From Balanoglossus misakiensis (Eukaryota; Animalia; Hemichordata), in the NCBI GenBank assembly GCA_040954595.2, contig CM082592.2, positions 2,992,735-3,056,734 of the forward strand: 64,000 nt of DNA, read 5' to 3'. A program made the position numbers and the translations under genes. The notes under the pieces are model-generated. The model ran no database searches and was not told the DNA's origin. It saw only the letters and a list, made by a program, of their open reading frames with translations. Below, one piece after another: positions 62,482 through 64,000 of this stretch. Position 1 is the first letter of the stretch. Each line of letters opens with the position of its first letter.

Positions 62482-63610
62482 CTAAACAGGTTGGTTAATC
62501 AACGTAGAGTAACGAACATGTCCTTCGCAGCCAGTGATTTTCCCAATTGTCTTCCTCCAGAAACTGATTACATTCGGTTTCTTTGCAGTTTGACCAAGAG
62601 CATGTTCAAGGTCGCTCCAAAACTTCTTTTTATCTTCCTCTAAGCCTCGGTCGCGCCATTGAATGTAGGTAATGGATTCCACGATCCGTTTAATAACTGG
62701 CGGGAGCTTTGTTTGGTCGATGTTGCCTTTCAAAACAGGGATCACTTTCTGTCCCTTGTTGATCAAGTTGTCCATGGCAACACTGGCCTCATGCTTACAA
62801 TAGCCGCTCTCAAGAAACGATGCTGATATTATCAAAACTACTGCTCTGCTATTATCGAATGCTTCTTCGATATTATCGAATATGCCTACAGAAGGAAGAT
62901 GAAGAAAACATGGTTTTGGGGAGAGAAACTTAAACCAATGTCCACCCTATCTTGAAAGCTAACTGACATTCACAAAATGAAATACCTACCTTTACCGCCA
63001 ATAAAATCTCGTTCATGGATTAGCAATGTATAGGTTCCATCAAAGTAGTTGGCGACATCATCAACAAAATCACTGTCTTTGCTGCTATACGAGATGAAAG
63101 CGTCGAACTCTTTGTTTTCTGTAATGATAGCACATGATGATATAAAACCGGACAGTTTCAGTTCTCATGATCTTCGACATTTTTCAAGGAGATATTAAAT
63201 AGTGTAAATGTTGGTTGTCCATTTGGAGGAGCATGTTCTTGCAACTTTCCTCTCGACTTTCTCATTAAGCAAATTGCATTTCATCAAATTAAATGCCACT
63301 CACAAAACAATCAAACATTCAAAGAAAAGGGCGTGTTCAAACAAACTCCGTAGTATAAGCCTACAAGTATTGACACCGTTCACATTCGTTATATCCGAAT
63401 ATGCGTAATAACAGAGTTCGTTATAGCGATGCTCCACTGTACCATGTTGAGGATAATACATACCGTCGGCCCCACTCATTTCCCAATCCCCTTGAAATAG
63501 CAAAAACAATCTGAGTCTGTACCGATATCCCAGGTACACAAACATTGGAGCGGCTAACAGGAGAAGGCAAATTGTCAGAATCCATGGGAGCGATCCCGTC
63601 GTCACACTTC
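62482..63610 (-). CDS. Transmembrane TIR-domain receptor (TLR/IL-1R-like), 3' portion; upstream exons unresolved or off-window
   Basis: Exons 63610-63464 (TM LPWILTICLLLLAAPMFVYLGYRYR), 63118-62990 (box1 FDAFISYSSKD; box2 LLIHERDFIGG) and 62885-62482 (IFDNIEEAFDNSRAVVLIIS..FLES.YCKHE...TYIQW...FWSDL). Confidence 0.88.
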
Positions 63611-64000
63611 CTGCTATGTAAGGTTAAATATGGTGCAAAATGTCATTCTTTCGTAATTTGTATTTTTGAAGCGATGCGTAAAACAACATTCAATATGAGA
63701 GATGGTTATAGAAAGCCTCCTAATATTATACATTCTTATAAAGCATGATACAGGACTATAATGTCATATGCATGAGACACACATCAGTCAGCAGTTTGTG
63801 ATGGGCAAACACTTTGTCAATGAATGGAGACATTTCTGTAAATACTCCAAATTGTCTTTCGCGGTGCACATATTTCCTCGTGTACATAACGGCTTCTGTT
63901 TCATGGTATGACGTCATGCGATAAAAATCATTATTTTTCCAGTTCCATATACCGATATGTCTGATCCGGCCATTACACTGCATGGTGAAAACACACTTTA

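Noticed and set aside
63756-63983. Upstream exon of the TIR receptor
   Set aside because: No LRR or Ig motif and no confident phase-compatible splice sites; left unresolved.

Overview
AT-rich, intron-rich animal genomic DNA. A marine invertebrate deuterostome (for example a hemichordate) is my inference from gene content and repeats; the organism is not established. Most short ORFs in the track are exon fragments or noise. Manual splicing at GT-AG sites gives six genes: (1) a partial acidic-N-terminus/death-effector-domain gene (-, 805-1481); (2) VMP1 (-, 9118-14825); (3) a 26-exon DEG/ENaC-family channel (+, 27435-39152, ~1263 aa); (4) CCNB1IP1/HEI10 (-, 41431-47223); (5) a GH63/MGH1-like, YMR196W-type glycoside hydrolase (+, 48387-59427), head-to-head with CCNB1IP1; (6) the 3' part of a TM-TIR receptor gene (-, 62482-63610). 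The most striking object is the channel: its extracellular finger region carries a ~690-aa in-frame insert of 8 LDL-receptor class A modules and 3 CUB domains, built from phase-1-bounded exon modules. Non-coding DNA holds many non-autonomous transposons: 9-bp-TSD palindromic elements (one nested in another), telomeric-repeat MITEs, piggyBac-, Kolobok-, pogo- and Ginger-like MITEs, a triple-nested Helentron-like cluster and a 1.47-kb foldback element. There is also a Penelope-type hammerhead-like motif and two minisatellites (128 bp and 171 bp). All coordinates were read by eye and no database searches were run.
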